DNA of 62,167 nucleotides. It comes from an uncultured Bacteroides sp. Its GTDB lineage: Bacteria > Bacteroidota > Bacteroidia > Bacteroidales > Muribaculaceae. Of this stretch, positions 1 to 10,358 are shown one piece after another. Made by a program: the position numbers and the translations under genes. A model generated the notes under the pieces. That model saw only the letters and a program-made list of their open reading frames with translations, had not been told where the DNA came from and did no database searches. How positions within the stretch are numbered: the stretch's first letter is position 1; the number at the start of each line of letters is the position of its first letter. The DNA is taken from positions 1-62,167 of the forward strand of contig CAZHDH010000001.1 in assembly GCA_964531245.1 (NCBI GenBank), read 5' to 3'.

Positions 1-1520
1 TGAGCGGTATGTCCATCGGTGAGGATGTTTCTACGATTCGCTATAAGGTGGAAAAGGGCGAGACATTGTTTGGTATCGCATATAAATTTGGCGTGACTCC
101 CGACGAAATCTCCGAACTCAATCCACAGGCCAACTCCGGGGTGCGTGCAGGCATGGTTTTGAAAATTCCCGCAGCGGATGCGCCGGCATCGGCCAACGCC
201 CTATCCAACACCGATAACAAAACGACTGAAAATACCACCGAATTTATTCCCGAACCGGAGCCTCGCGAAGCACGCCTGCGCCCCGTCGACCGCCAGATTC
301 AGCCACCGATGCCCGCGCCCGAAGCTGTCACTGACACATTTACCACTATCCCCGAACTACCCGAGCAGGAAGCGCGCCTGCGCCCGGTGAATCCGCCCCT
401 GGTGTTTGTGGATTCTGCCGCCGAGACAAATCATGCCGGCATAGCTCTGATGCTGCCGCTGATGCTTGACAATCCGGATGCCGGAAACGGACGCACAGAA
501 CGTTCGGCCTCTGATTTCGCCCGCGGTTTTATGTTAGGACTGCGCGCCGAGCGCGATGCAGCCACCGATGTGCTCGTCAAGGTGATGGACACCGAGAACG
601 GCAACGGGGGACTCAAAGCTATGCTCAACCCCGACAGCCTTGATTTTGCCGACGTGATTATCTCGCCTGATAATATCAACTCGCTGAGCGAGCTGCTGCC
701 TGTAGCCGACGAAACCACTTCTTCCGTACTCAACCTTTTCGAGGTAAGCGATACGTCATACATAACCAATCCGCTGGTGCTTCAGGCCAATATCCCTGCC
801 CAGCTGATGTATGAGAAGGCCGCTGAAACATTGTTGGCTTCATTCTCAGAACACATCCCGGTGTTCCTGATCTCGAAAGGCGGCAAGGGTGAAAAACTCC
901 CCTTCACCAATTACCTGCGCGAAGTGTATGCCAATATGGGTATCGAACCGATGGAGCTGACATACGAGGGTATGCTCACCTCGGCCGACATCGAGGATCT
1001 CGACCCTGAAAGCCAATATGTATTTATTCCTGCTTCCGGATCATCCACCGAGTTTAATAAATTTGCACGAACACTGGCCACGCGCCGTCAGCAATCGGCC
1101 GATCCGACTTCCACCATTGTGTGGGGGTATCCTGACTGGACCACATTCCGCGGCGACAACCTGGAGCTGCTGCACCGCCTGGGTGCTGTGATATATTCGC
1201 GTTTCTATTGCGACGAAAATTCACCCGAGGTGCGCGAATTTATCAAGACTTTCACCGATACTTTCGGCTGCGAACCGCTGGAGCAGGTGCCCTCGCAGGC
1301 CATAATGGGATATGATACCGCACGCTATCTGATTCAGAATATCGCCGCAAACGATGGCTCATTCACACCCTGCGGCCAGGAAATTTTCCGCGGATTGCAA
1401 AATTCATACTTTTTCTTCGGTAATGAAGATGATCCCGAAAACCTCCCGGGCCCGGTGAATAATGTGCTCTATATCGTGACAGTCCTGCCGGGCGACGGCG
1501 TATCCATTTCGGTAATCTGA
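1..1520 (+). CDS. LysM-domain protein with C-terminal periplasmic-binding-protein type 1-like domain (probably 5'-truncated by the window edge)
   Basis: LysM motif YKVEKGETLFGIAYKFGVTPDEISELNP; IALMLPL and MGYD motifs typical of Bacteroidales LysM/PBP1 proteins; frame is open upstream of position 9. Confidence 0.75.
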   Translation, partial: SGMSIGEDVSTIRYKVEKGETLFGIAYKFGVTPDEISELNPQANSGVRAGMVLKIPAADAPASANALSNTDNKTTENTTEFIPEPEPREARLRPVDRQIQPPMPAPEAVTDTFTTIPELPEQEARLRPVNPPLVFVDSAAETNHAGIALMLPLMLDNPDAGNGRTERSASDFARGFMLGLRAERDAATDVLVKVMDTENGNGGLKAMLNPDSLDFADVIISPDNINSLSELLPVADETTSSVLNLFEVSDTSYITNPLVLQANIPAQLMYEKAAETLLASFSEHIPVFLISKGGKGEKLPFTNYLREVYANMGIEPMELTYEGMLTSADIEDLDPESQYVFIPASGSSTEFNKFARTLATRRQQSADPTSTIVWGYPDWTTFRGDNLELLHRLGAVIYSRFYCDENSPEVREFIKTFTDTFGCEPLEQVPSQAIMGYDTARYLIQNIAANDGSFTPCGQEIFRGLQNSYFFFGNEDDPENLPGPVNNVLYIVTVLPGDGVSISVI

Positions 1521-1522
1521 CA

Positions 1523-2227
1523 ATGGGTAACATTCGCAAAGCCCTGACGCGCTATGCAGCCGTGGCAGCATTGACGGCCACAGCAACCATTGCAGCGCAA
1601 GCCCAGACCCACTATCAGCCACACATCTCGGTGGGCATACGCGGAGGTGCAGATATGTCACGTGTGGATATGACACCCTCAATACGCCAAAGCTGGCTGT
1701 GGGGCGGGCTGGGAGCCGTGACTTTCCGATACACCGAGGAAAAAATTTTCGGACTTGCCGCCGAGCTTGGTATCACCACCCGCGGATGGCAGGAAAATTT
1801 TGAGGAAGCACCCCTTGAGTATAGCCGCTCGCTCACCTACCTCACCCTGCCGGTGATGACACACATAAATTTCGGCGGGAGCCGGGCGCGGTGTTTCGTA
1901 AACCTCGGACCGGAGGTGTCGCTGATGATTGGCGAACGAATTTCATCCAATTTCAACTACAAAGATCTGAGCACCGTGACACAATGGCCCGAACGCCGCC
2001 GCCAGACAGACCAGCTGGGAATGGACATCGCCCATAAGTTTGATTACGGCATCACGGGTGGCATAGGCGGCGAATTTTACATCTCGCCCCGAAACAGCAT
2101 CACACTTGAAGCCCGCTATTATTTCGGATTGGGCAACTTATTCAATTCGTCGAAATCCGACGTGTTCAGCGCTTCAAGATGCTCCACTATCCAATTTTCC
2201 GCGGGATATAATTTCAGATTAAAATGA
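1523..2227 (+). CDS. PorT-family outer-membrane beta-barrel protein
   Basis: Signal peptide, alternating beta-strand pattern, YLTLPV and LEARYYFGLGN motifs, aromatic C-terminal strand YNFRLK. Confidence 0.7.
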   Translation: MGNIRKALTRYAAVAALTATATIAAQAQTHYQPHISVGIRGGADMSRVDMTPSIRQSWLWGGLGAVTFRYTEEKIFGLAAELGITTRGWQENFEEAPLEYSRSLTYLTLPVMTHINFGGSRARCFVNLGPEVSLMIGERISSNFNYKDLSTVTQWPERRRQTDQLGMDIAHKFDYGITGGIGGEFYISPRNSITLEARYYFGLGNLFNSSKSDVFSASRCSTIQFSAGYNFRLK

Positions 2228-3756
2228 CCAATCAGGAAAAACCAAAATATCAGAAACGCAACCCACAACCTGAACCGATCGACCTGGCCGGACGCAAACC
2301 ACCATCCGACGAGGCTATCGAGGCAGCCGTGCTGGGTGCGTTGCTCATAGCCAAGGATGCATATTCCACCGTGTGCGACTCGCTGCGGCCTGAAATTTTC
2401 TACAAGCCGGAACACCGCATAATATATGAAGCAATCCAGACATTAGGCGCAGCGCAGAAGCCCATCGACTTTATCACTGTAATCAATCAGCTGGAAAAGA
2501 ACGGAACGCTGGAGCAGGCCGGCGACCGCGCCTATATCGTGGGGCTGACCACCAATATCGCCTCGGCTGCGCACATCGAGTATCACACCAAGATCATCAC
2601 CCAGAAATATCTGGCGCGCGAGCTTATAACATTCGGAGCCAAGGTGCAGGCCAATTCGTATGACGAAAGTAATGACATCGAGGAGGTGATGCAGGCCACC
2701 GAAGGCGAACTTTTCGAACTGTCGCAGCGCAATGTGAAAAAGGATGTGACACAGATCGATCCTGTGATTATGCAGGCAATCCAGCAGATGCAGGCGTCGG
2801 GGCAACGTGCGTCGGGCTTGAGCGGACTGGAAAGCGGCTATCGCGATCTTGACCGTGTGACCTCCGGCTGGCAAAATTCCGACCTCATAATCATCGCGGC
2901 CCGTCCGGCTATGGGTAAGACGGCCTTTGTGCTGTCAATGGCCAAGAATATGGCTGTGAGCTACAGCATTCCGGTAGCTATCTTCTCGCTGGAAATGAGT
3001 AATCTGCAGCTTGTAAACCGTCTGATTTCAAATGTATGCGAAATCGAGGGCAGCAAGATCAAGAGCGGTCAGCTCAACGAGGCCGAATGGCAGACCACCC
3101 TGGCGCGCCTGAATATGCTATATGGCGCGCCGCTGTATGTGGACGACACGCCGTCGCTATCTGTCTTTGAACTCCGCACCAAGGCGCGACGCCTCGTGCG
3201 CGAAAAGAATGTGAAGTTTATTATCATCGACTACCTGCAGCTGATGAACGCATCGGGTATGAAATTCGGCTCGCGCGAACAGGAAGTGTCTACCATTTCG
3301 CGATCGCTAAAGCAGCTTGCCAAGGAGCTGAATATCCCCATCGTGGCACTTTCACAGCTCAACCGATCGGTGGAATCACGTTCTGACAACAAACGCCCGC
3401 AGCTGAGCGACCTTCGTGAATCCGGTGCCATAGAACAGGATGCCGATATGGTATGTTTTATCCATCGTCCCGAATATTATAACCGCAGCGGCGAGGATGC
3501 GCAGGGCAACGACATACGTGGCCTTGCGGAATTTATCATAGCCAAGCACCGTAGCGGTTCGGTGGAAGATGTAAAGCTGAGGTTCCGCGCCGCATTCGCT
3601 CGTTTCGAAAACTGGGACGAAACTACATCTACCATTGGCGAATCGCGGTCGAGAATCGGTAAGGACGAACCCCTCGGCCCTGCGCTCGATCCATTTGGAG
3701 GAGGATCAGTCCAACTATCCCCGGCCAAAACCGCCGACGAACAGACACCGTTCTGA
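2224..3756 (+). CDS. dnaB: Replicative DNA helicase
   Basis: ARPAMGKT Walker A, IIDYLQL, LSQLNR and LSDLRESGAIEQDAD motifs. Confidence 0.98.
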   Translation: MTNQEKPKYQKRNPQPEPIDLAGRKPPSDEAIEAAVLGALLIAKDAYSTVCDSLRPEIFYKPEHRIIYEAIQTLGAAQKPIDFITVINQLEKNGTLEQAGDRAYIVGLTTNIASAAHIEYHTKIITQKYLARELITFGAKVQANSYDESNDIEEVMQATEGELFELSQRNVKKDVTQIDPVIMQAIQQMQASGQRASGLSGLESGYRDLDRVTSGWQNSDLIIIAARPAMGKTAFVLSMAKNMAVSYSIPVAIFSLEMSNLQLVNRLISNVCEIEGSKIKSGQLNEAEWQTTLARLNMLYGAPLYVDDTPSLSVFELRTKARRLVREKNVKFIIIDYLQLMNASGMKFGSREQEVSTISRSLKQLAKELNIPIVALSQLNRSVESRSDNKRPQLSDLRESGAIEQDADMVCFIHRPEYYNRSGEDAQGNDIRGLAEFIIAKHRSGSVEDVKLRFRAAFARFENWDETTSTIGESRSRIGKDEPLGPALDPFGGGSVQLSPAKTADEQTPF

Positions 3757-3765
3757 TTCTCCGCC

Positions 3766-3823
3766 CTACTCCATACACGAAACCCCGGCCTGCTGTCAGG
3801 CCGGGGCTTCGTGTATGGAGTAG
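3766..3823. terminator. Long hairpin between convergent dnaB and ackA
   Basis: 27-bp arms ctactccatacacgaa(a/g)ccccggcctg with one mismatch and a 4-nt loop. Confidence 0.7.
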
Positions 3824-3829
3824 CCGGAT

Positions 3830-5029
3830 TTACTTTTTCACAAGAGCTTCGGTATCGCGGGCAATCATCAATTCCTCATCGGTGGGAATGACGCACACTT
3901 TCACGCGCGACGCGGGGGTTGAGATTTCAGCCTCGACACCGCGCACTTCTGCATTGAGTTCCTTATTTATCTCAACGCCGAGGAAGGCAAGGGGTTCGCA
4001 TACACACTGGCGCACGGTAGCCTGATTTTCGCCCACACCACCGGTGAACACGATGATGTCAAGGCCACCCATTTCGGCAGCGTAAGCACCGATGTATTTA
4101 ATGATGCGCTGTTCGTACATCTCAAGGCTGAGTTTGGCGCGTTCGTTGCCGGCAGCAATGGCGGCATCGATTTCACGCATATCGCTTGACACGCCGCTCA
4201 CACCTGCCACACCGCTCTCCTTGTTGATGATCTTCTGGAGCTGCTCGGCCGTGAGGTTGTGTTTGAGCATAAGGTATGTGAGCACGCCGGGGTCCACATC
4301 GCCCACGCGTGTGCCCATCATAAGACCCTCGGTGGGAGTCAGGCCCATAGATGTATCTATGCTCTTGCCAAATTTCACGGCGGTTATAGAACCGCCGTTG
4401 CCTATGTGGCAGGTGACCATGCGCTGCTTGGTGATGTCAACACCCAGAAATTCGCACACGCGCTGCGACACATAGCGATGGCTTGTGCCGTGGAAACCGT
4501 AGCGACGCACACCGTCTTCCTCATAAAATTTGTAAGGCAAGGCATACATATACGATTTTGCAGGCATTGTCTGATGGAAAGCGGTGTCGAATACCCCTAC
4601 CTGCGGTACATCGGGCATAAGGGCGGTGATGGCCTCTATGCCGGTCATATTGGCGGGATTGTGCAGCGGGGCGAGGTCGTAACATTCGCGCACTTTTTCC
4701 TTCACTTCATCGTTGATGATCACACTTTCGGTGAACTTGTCGGCACCATGCACCAGACGGTGTCCCACGGCATCAATCTCGTCATACGATTTGATGCAAC
4801 CCTCGTTGGGGTCGGTGAGCACGTTGAGAATGGCCTGGATTGCGCCCTGGTGATCGGTGTTTCCAAGCTCGATAATAGCTTTGGATCCATCCTGGCGTTT
4901 GTATTTCAGAAAGCCGTCGTTCAGGCCGATTTTTTCCACGCCGCCTTCGGCAAGGGTTTGTTCTGAAGTAGTGTCGATGAGTTTGTATTTCACCGAGCTG
5001 CTTCCCGAGTTGATTACTAAAATTTTCAT
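3830..5029 (-). CDS. ackA: Acetate kinase
   Basis: MKILVINSGSSSVKY, LAPLHNP, YGFHGTSH and IPTDEE motifs. Confidence 0.98.
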   Translation of the reverse strand: MKILVINSGSSSVKYKLIDTTSEQTLAEGGVEKIGLNDGFLKYKRQDGSKAIIELGNTDHQGAIQAILNVLTDPNEGCIKSYDEIDAVGHRLVHGADKFTESVIINDEVKEKVRECYDLAPLHNPANMTGIEAITALMPDVPQVGVFDTAFHQTMPAKSYMYALPYKFYEEDGVRRYGFHGTSHRYVSQRVCEFLGVDITKQRMVTCHIGNGGSITAVKFGKSIDTSMGLTPTEGLMMGTRVGDVDPGVLTYLMLKHNLTAEQLQKIINKESGVAGVSGVSSDMREIDAAIAAGNERAKLSLEMYEQRIIKYIGAYAAEMGGLDIIVFTGGVGENQATVRQCVCEPLAFLGVEINKELNAEVRGVEAEISTPASRVKVCVIPTDEELMIARDTEALVKK

Positions 5030-5035
5030 TGCACT

Positions 5036-6046
5036 TTATTTCTTGAAACCGATGGCCTGGCAGCAGGTCATGATGATAGTTTTGTAGATGTCTTCGGGAT
5101 AGCAGCCGCGCGAGAGGTCGCTCACGGGTGCGGCAAGACCCTGAAGGATAGGACCGACGGCCTGCACGCCGGCCAGACGCTGCACAAGTTTATAGGCAAT
5201 GTTGCCTACTTCCAGCGAGGGGAAAACCAGCACGTTAGCGTGGCCGTTGAGGATGCTTTCGGGGGCCTTCTGGTGAGCCACAGAGGGGACCAGAGCGGCA
5301 TCGGCCTGCAGCTCGCCGTCGCAGATCAGGTCGGGATCCATTTTGTGAACCAATTCGGTAGCGTCGATCACTTTCTGTACACGTTCGTGCTTTGCCGAAC
5401 CCTTAGTAGAGAATGAAAGCATAGCCACGCGGGGAGTGATGTCGCCCAGAGTCTTGGCAGTCTCGGCCGAACAAACGGCGATCTGCGCGAGTTCTTCGGC
5501 GGTGGGATCGGGCACCACAGCACAGTCGGCAAACACCAACAGGCCGTTTTCACCAAAGGGCGAACCCTCGGGGAGCAGCATCAGGAACGCACCTGAAACC
5601 ACCTGAATACCGGGTTTGGTCTTAATCACCTGGAAGGCAGCTCGGAGCACATTGCCGGTGGTATTCTGTGCGCCGGCCACTTCGCCGTCGGCATCACCGG
5701 CTTTTACCATCAGGCATCCGAGGAACAGAGGGTTGGCAGCAGTGAGGCGCGATTGCTCCTCGGTCATGCCTTTATGTTTGCGCAGCTCGAAAAGCAGGGG
5801 AGCGTAGCGGTCGATAACGCTTTGGTCGTGAGGATCAACGATAGTGGCCTTAGAGATATTGTTGAGGTTCATATCTATGGCCATACGTTTGATTTCGTCG
5901 TTGTTGCCGATGAGGATAATGTCGGCAATATCTTCAGCGAGGATACGGTCAGCAGCTGTGAGGGTACGACTTTCAGTGCCCTCGGGGAGCACGATGCGTT
6001 GGCGGTGAGCCTTCGCTTTTTGTGTTAGTCTGTCAAATAAGTTCAT
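5036..6046 (-). CDS. pta: Phosphate acetyltransferase
   Basis: IVLPEG, FADCAV, SFSTKGSA, DGELQADAA and DLSRG motifs; start placed at ATG 6046; adjacent to ackA. Confidence 0.96.
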   Translation of the reverse strand: MNLFDRLTQKAKAHRQRIVLPEGTESRTLTAADRILAEDIADIILIGNNDEIKRMAIDMNLNNISKATIVDPHDQSVIDRYAPLLFELRKHKGMTEEQSRLTAANPLFLGCLMVKAGDADGEVAGAQNTTGNVLRAAFQVIKTKPGIQVVSGAFLMLLPEGSPFGENGLLVFADCAVVPDPTAEELAQIAVCSAETAKTLGDITPRVAMLSFSTKGSAKHERVQKVIDATELVHKMDPDLICDGELQADAALVPSVAHQKAPESILNGHANVLVFPSLEVGNIAYKLVQRLAGVQAVGPILQGLAAPVSDLSRGCYPEDIYKTIIMTCCQAIGFKK

Positions 6047-6103
6047 GAGGTTAGTTTTAAACAACTACGGATGGCTGTGCGTCATCTATGTCAGTTAGTT
6101 ATG

Positions 6104-6111
6104 CAAAATTA
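6104..6111 (-). promoter_or_regulatory. Bacteroidetes -7 promoter element for pta-ackA
   Basis: TAATTTTG on the minus strand matches TAnnTTTG. Confidence 0.65.
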
Positions 6112-6180
6112 CGGAATATTTCCGAATATGGAACAACCGTGAAAGGAAAAATACGAATAAATAAATATTAAAAATATAAA

Positions 6181-6212
6181 AAGAAAAAAGCGCCACCCGA
6201 ATCGGGGGCGCT
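6181..6212 (-). terminator. Intrinsic terminator of rplS
   Basis: GC hairpin agcgcc..cccga/tcggg..gcgct followed by a U-run on the minus strand. Confidence 0.8.
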
Positions 6213-6237
6213 GAAGATGTGAGTGCGGGTAAGTGAA

Positions 6238-6591
6238 TTATTTCACTACGCGACGCTCTTTGATACGAGCCTTCTTGCCGGTGAGGGCGCGGAGGTAGTA
6301 GAGCTTAGCGCGACGTACTTTACCATACTTGTTAACGGTGATAGAATCGATAAAGGGCGATTCGATGGGGAAGATACGTTCAACACCGATGTTATCAGAG
6401 ATTTTGCGAACGGTGAAACGTTTCTTAGCGCCTTCGCCGGAGATACGGATTACCACACCGCGATACTGCTGGATACGTTCTTTGTTACCTTCTTTGATAC
6501 GGTAAGCAACGGTGATGGTGTCGCCGGGACCGAATTCGGGAAATTCTTTGCCGGTTTTGAAAGCTTCTTCGGCTACTTTAATTAAATCCAT
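6238..6591 (-). CDS. rplS: 50S ribosomal protein L19
   Basis: [19 protein letters not shown] and [12 protein letters not shown] motifs. Confidence 0.98.
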   Translation of the reverse strand: MDLIKVAEEAFKTGKEFPEFGPGDTITVAYRIKEGNKERIQQYRGVVIRISGEGAKKRFTVRKISDNIGVERIFPIESPFIDSITVNKYGKVRRAKLYYLRALTGKKARIKERRVVK

Positions 6592-6676
6592 TGTAAATTA
6601 TAATTTATAATGTGAGACACTACTCGCAACATTCCCGGGCACCACACGTCCGCGGCAGCGGTTACGATATCGGCTG

Positions 6677-6708
6677 CAAAGGTACGAAATAATTGCGTGA
6701 CAGCCAAA
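6677..6708 (-). promoter_or_regulatory. rplS promoter (-33 TTTG / -7 TACCTTTG)
   Basis: TTTG at 6705-6708, 20-bp spacer, TACCTTTG at 6677-6684, minus strand. Confidence 0.75.
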
Positions 6709-6773
6709 TTTTTGCCGGGGGAATTTTTCGTAAAGCGCTGAGTAGGTTGTAAATCTTATAAGTCTAATATAAT

Positions 6774-6802
6774 AGCCCACGCCACCGGTGGTGGCGTGGG
6801 CT
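6774..6802 (-). terminator. Terminator-like hairpin after the DUF4493 operon
   Basis: agcccacgccac / gtggcgtgggct stem followed by AT-rich sequence on the minus strand. Confidence 0.65.
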
Positions 6803-6819
6803 GGTATGGGCGCGGTAGA

Positions 6820-9018
6820 TTATTCGTAGATGAAGTTGATGTCGTCAAGATAGAGGGTGGAGCCTTCGCCGCCCTGGAAGTAGTCGCCGTAAAGCGATGC
6901 CGAAGCTACAAAAATCAGGTAGCAACCTTTTTTATCTGTGCGGAGGTATTCAAAGGGGATTGTAACCTTCATCATACCGCGCTCCTCATCGCGAGTCTGT
7001 TCCTCGAAGATCACCTGACCGAATGCAATTACATTGTCAAGGGTCTTGCCATTGGCGATCACCACCTTGTTGTCGCGGTTGAACTGCCAGTTGGCGAAAG
7101 ATTTGGTTTTGACAATGCAAGGCCACTGGCTGCCATCGTCATAACGGGTGGTCTGATCATCCATAATGGCAGCGTAGATAATGCCTTTATCGGTAGCTCC
7201 GACAGGCATATAGTCTCCGGCACCTTTTTTATTAACAGCTGTTCCAGGTTCATAGCGCACCCAAGCTTCTACAGCTTTGGGACGCGAGGTGAAGGGGCGA
7301 CCCCAACCGAGTTCACCGTCAGTACCATCGGTTTTGAGATAGCTACCGGCGAAAATGTTGCCTGCTGCAAATTTACCAATCGTTCCAACACCCACAAATT
7401 GCGACTTGAGTTTTGCGCTTTTCTCGCCACTGTGGACATAGTCTGTGCTACCTTCAGTAACCGTCTTGCTCATAGTAACAGAACCGTGGTTGCCGGTATC
7501 CCAGAATGAGGGTTCGCCACCGGCATCGGGAAGGAGCACTTTGGAGTTAGCGGAATAGTTGCTCCATTCTTCAAACGACCTGTTGGGCACCTGAAGGGTT
7601 TCCTCGGTAGTGAATTCCAGAGACGAAGAAGTGAATTCATCCGTAGCCACAGCAAATTGGTAAGGAGTGCCGGGAGTAAGGCCGGTGAGCTGAGCCACCA
7701 CCTCGGTGCCATTTACCTGCGAGTCGGCTTCACTCCATTCTGAAGCAGAAGCCTCGCGATAAAGCAGACGTATGTTTTGAGTCTCGGGTTTATTGATCAC
7801 GGCTTTAATCGTGGCCTTGGAAGCCCAGACATCGGCATCAACAACAGGAACCAGCGTTACGGGTTCGGCAGAAATCAGCATCGAGAAGTCAACCGTGGTC
7901 GATTTACCTTTTGAGTCGGTCACCACGATATTAATATCGGTCTGTCCGTCGGGGAGGGCATTTGTGAATGCTTCCTCGAAATTGAGTTTCACGGTGGCTT
8001 GATGTGTTTCGGGGTTGAGATCGTAATAGTAATTGATACCGCCGTCGATAATTTTCTGCTTGATGGCTTCGTCGGCCATAGTCATGAAATTGAAGCGACC
8101 GCCGGGGATATCGAACATAGATTCAAAAACATCGCTGCTGAGCTCAAGACCGGTGATGTCGGCGGTGGCTGCAATCCATATCGACTTTCGACCCATCTCG
8201 CCGGCTGCAGCACGCTGCACTTTATTGAGGTCGAAGCCCATACCGGTGAGCACGGGGGATACACTTATTTCGATCTGCTCCACAATTTCAATTGCAGTAT
8301 CATCGATAGTGATTTCAAAATATGCGCCTCCAAGCTCATCGGAGGATTCGGTGCAATGCACGTTGATGGTGTAAAGTGTAGCCGGCTGGCAATCCTCGAT
8401 CTTGCCCGAACGGGTGAACGACGAGCCATCGGGAGCTGTGCCGGTCATAGTCCATTCGAGGTCCTTATCGCGTGAGTTCATCATAAAGTAGCCACGGCTG
8501 TCAAGGGTTTCGCCCTCGAAGGTGAGTGACCCCTGCGAGTGACCTACGGTCATCGAGAGGTCTGAAAGCACCTCCTGCACCGTTTCGTCGAAATTCACAG
8601 CTACTACAGAGTTGGCAATCTTAGCGGTGATTTCCACGGCTTTATTATCGCCGTTGGCCACTGAGAAAGCAGTGAAGCCGTAGAAGTAACGGTCGGTGAA
8701 CGAAGCAGGCACAGAGTCGCCGGCCCAAGCCTCTGCCACATAATTATCTGCAACCAGGCGCACGCCCTCCACAGGGATTTCAGAAGCCGAAGCAAACTGA
8801 TACACAACCCCTTTGGCATTAGAGATCCACACCATAGAATTATCGCGAAGGTCGTCGACCTCAGAGCGCGACTTCACGGTGACATCGGAATTAAGCGTCG
8901 TGGAAAGGAACACGCGGCCCTCGCCGTTGCCCACCACCAGGTCGTTTTTATCGGCACAAGATGCCATGGCACAAGCTGCAATGGCAGCGATGGCCGTCAG
9001 TTTAAAGCTTGTTTTCAT
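6820..9018 (-). CDS. Lipoprotein with DUF4493 N-terminus, FN3-like module and C-terminal PCMD (putative carbohydrate metabolism) domain
   Basis: Lipobox MASC; LTGLTPGTPYQF FN3-like motif; PNRSFEEW, WDTGN, FAAGNIFAG, GRPFTSRP and GSTLYLDD PCMD motifs. Confidence 0.75.
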   Translation of the reverse strand: MKTSFKLTAIAAIAACAMASCADKNDLVVGNGEGRVFLSTTLNSDVTVKSRSEVDDLRDNSMVWISNAKGVVYQFASASEIPVEGVRLVADNYVAEAWAGDSVPASFTDRYFYGFTAFSVANGDNKAVEITAKIANSVVAVNFDETVQEVLSDLSMTVGHSQGSLTFEGETLDSRGYFMMNSRDKDLEWTMTGTAPDGSSFTRSGKIEDCQPATLYTINVHCTESSDELGGAYFEITIDDTAIEIVEQIEISVSPVLTGMGFDLNKVQRAAAGEMGRKSIWIAATADITGLELSSDVFESMFDIPGGRFNFMTMADEAIKQKIIDGGINYYYDLNPETHQATVKLNFEEAFTNALPDGQTDINIVVTDSKGKSTTVDFSMLISAEPVTLVPVVDADVWASKATIKAVINKPETQNIRLLYREASASEWSEADSQVNGTEVVAQLTGLTPGTPYQFAVATDEFTSSSLEFTTEETLQVPNRSFEEWSNYSANSKVLLPDAGGEPSFWDTGNHGSVTMSKTVTEGSTDYVHSGEKSAKLKSQFVGVGTIGKFAAGNIFAGSYLKTDGTDGELGWGRPFTSRPKAVEAWVRYEPGTAVNKKGAGDYMPVGATDKGIIYAAIMDDQTTRYDDGSQWPCIVKTKSFANWQFNRDNKVVIANGKTLDNVIAFGQVIFEEQTRDEERGMMKVTIPFEYLRTDKKGCYLIFVASASLYGDYFQGGEGSTLYLDDINFIYE

Positions 9019-10334
9019 TTTACTTCGAAAATAAGGGTTTTCGAATCAGAATTTTGAGCGGCACCTTCACCCTGGTCTACAACAGTGAGAACGAATTTCT
9101 GTTGACCTGAACCACCTAAAGGAATCAGCTCCAAGAACTGAGATATATCAAATTGTGCTTCAGTCTTGCCTTTTACATCCGGATTACCGAGAAGCTCCAA
9201 TACGCTTTCATCTGCAGCCGTAGGATTAGCAACGTCAAACTCAAGAGGCACTGCTACATCATCGAGCAGTCCTTTGAAATAATCGGTAGGAACAATCTTA
9301 ACATACAGGTTCAGGATACCTTTCTCTGCGTAGATGTTAACCTTACCATTGGTATAATCATCAGGATTCATCGGGGTATCGAAAAGCATCTGTTCAGCTG
9401 TGATTGTCAATTCACCTTTTGTGATGTCGCCGGGATTTTCGGGGTCGGTGGGTTCGGTGGGATCGGTAGGTTCAGTGGGTTCGAATACCTCGCCGCCGGG
9501 ACGTTCGGGATTTTCGGTGTCTTCGCCGGGGGTAACTGTTCCGTTGATATTCTCATCTGTAACATCAACATCCACATTGATACCCGAACCGGGAGTTACG
9601 GTACCGGTTTCAATATCGGGCTCGGTGTCGTTGGATTTGAGTTTGAATTTGAAAATGCGGTGCTGACCGGCTTCGATGTCGGTGTACACGTTATGGAACT
9701 CTTCGTAATTACCGTTTACTTCACCTTCAAAATAGTAGGCCAGGGTGTTTGAGCCTGTCACCACTTCGAAATAACCGGCGCGGGCTTCGGTGGCAGTAAA
9801 TTCCAGTTCGCCTAAGTCATTGGCCACGATGCGCACTTTGGCATCATCGGCCATAGCCTTTTTGAGGGCGTCAGAAAATTCGACGGTGACTTTCAGCGAA
9901 GCAAAGGAGCATACTACCTGACCGATGTCGGTGATTTCAGAATCAACGATATCAAAGTTTTTAGAACCTACAAATAGCGGAGCGTCCCAGTCGGCCTTCT
10001 TCACCTGATGCGAAAGCACATCCACGCGGTAATTCTTACCTACGGGGAGGGTGAAGATTTCAGGCATATCGGCATATCGCCAGTTGGCCACCATAGCGTC
10101 CGAGGCATCATAGACACGGATAACGAAGTCAGAGAGGTCGTATTCGTCGCGCGACGCCTGCTTCATGGTGGCATCGGTGCCGGTCAGCTTCTCGCTGCTA
10201 TTTACAGCGATGCTGAGCGAGTTAAGGGCCAGCTGACCGTTGCGCTCGTTTGAGGGCGTCCACGCCTCAGAGCAAGCGGCGAGCGATCCGATCATCAGCA
10301 CCCCTAAGATATATGATAAAAATTTGGTTTTCAT
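9015..10334 (-). CDS. DUF4493-domain lipoprotein with Pro/Thr/Glu/Asp linker
   Basis: Lipobox LAAC; WDAPLFVGSKNF and KVTVEFSDAL motifs; start placed at ATG 10334. Confidence 0.7.
   Translation of the reverse strand: MKTKFLSYILGVLMIGSLAACSEAWTPSNERNGQLALNSLSIAVNSSEKLTGTDATMKQASRDEYDLSDFVIRVYDASDAMVANWRYADMPEIFTLPVGKNYRVDVLSHQVKKADWDAPLFVGSKNFDIVDSEITDIGQVVCSFASLKVTVEFSDALKKAMADDAKVRIVANDLGELEFTATEARAGYFEVVTGSNTLAYYFEGEVNGNYEEFHNVYTDIEAGQHRIFKFKLKSNDTEPDIETGTVTPGSGINVDVDVTDENINGTVTPGEDTENPERPGGEVFEPTEPTDPTEPTDPENPGDITKGELTITAEQMLFDTPMNPDDYTNGKVNIYAEKGILNLYVKIVPTDYFKGLLDDVAVPLEFDVANPTAADESVLELLGNPDVKGKTEAQFDISQFLELIPLGGSGQQKFVLTVVDQGEGAAQNSDSKTLIFEVK
9442..9483 (-). repeat. 9-bp tandem coding repeat (PTEPTDPTEPTDP linker)
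   Basis: gggtcggtg ggttcggtg ggatcggta ggttcagtg ggttcg. Confidence 0.8.
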
Positions 10335-10358
10335 AATCAATATTAAGAGAGGAGAAGA

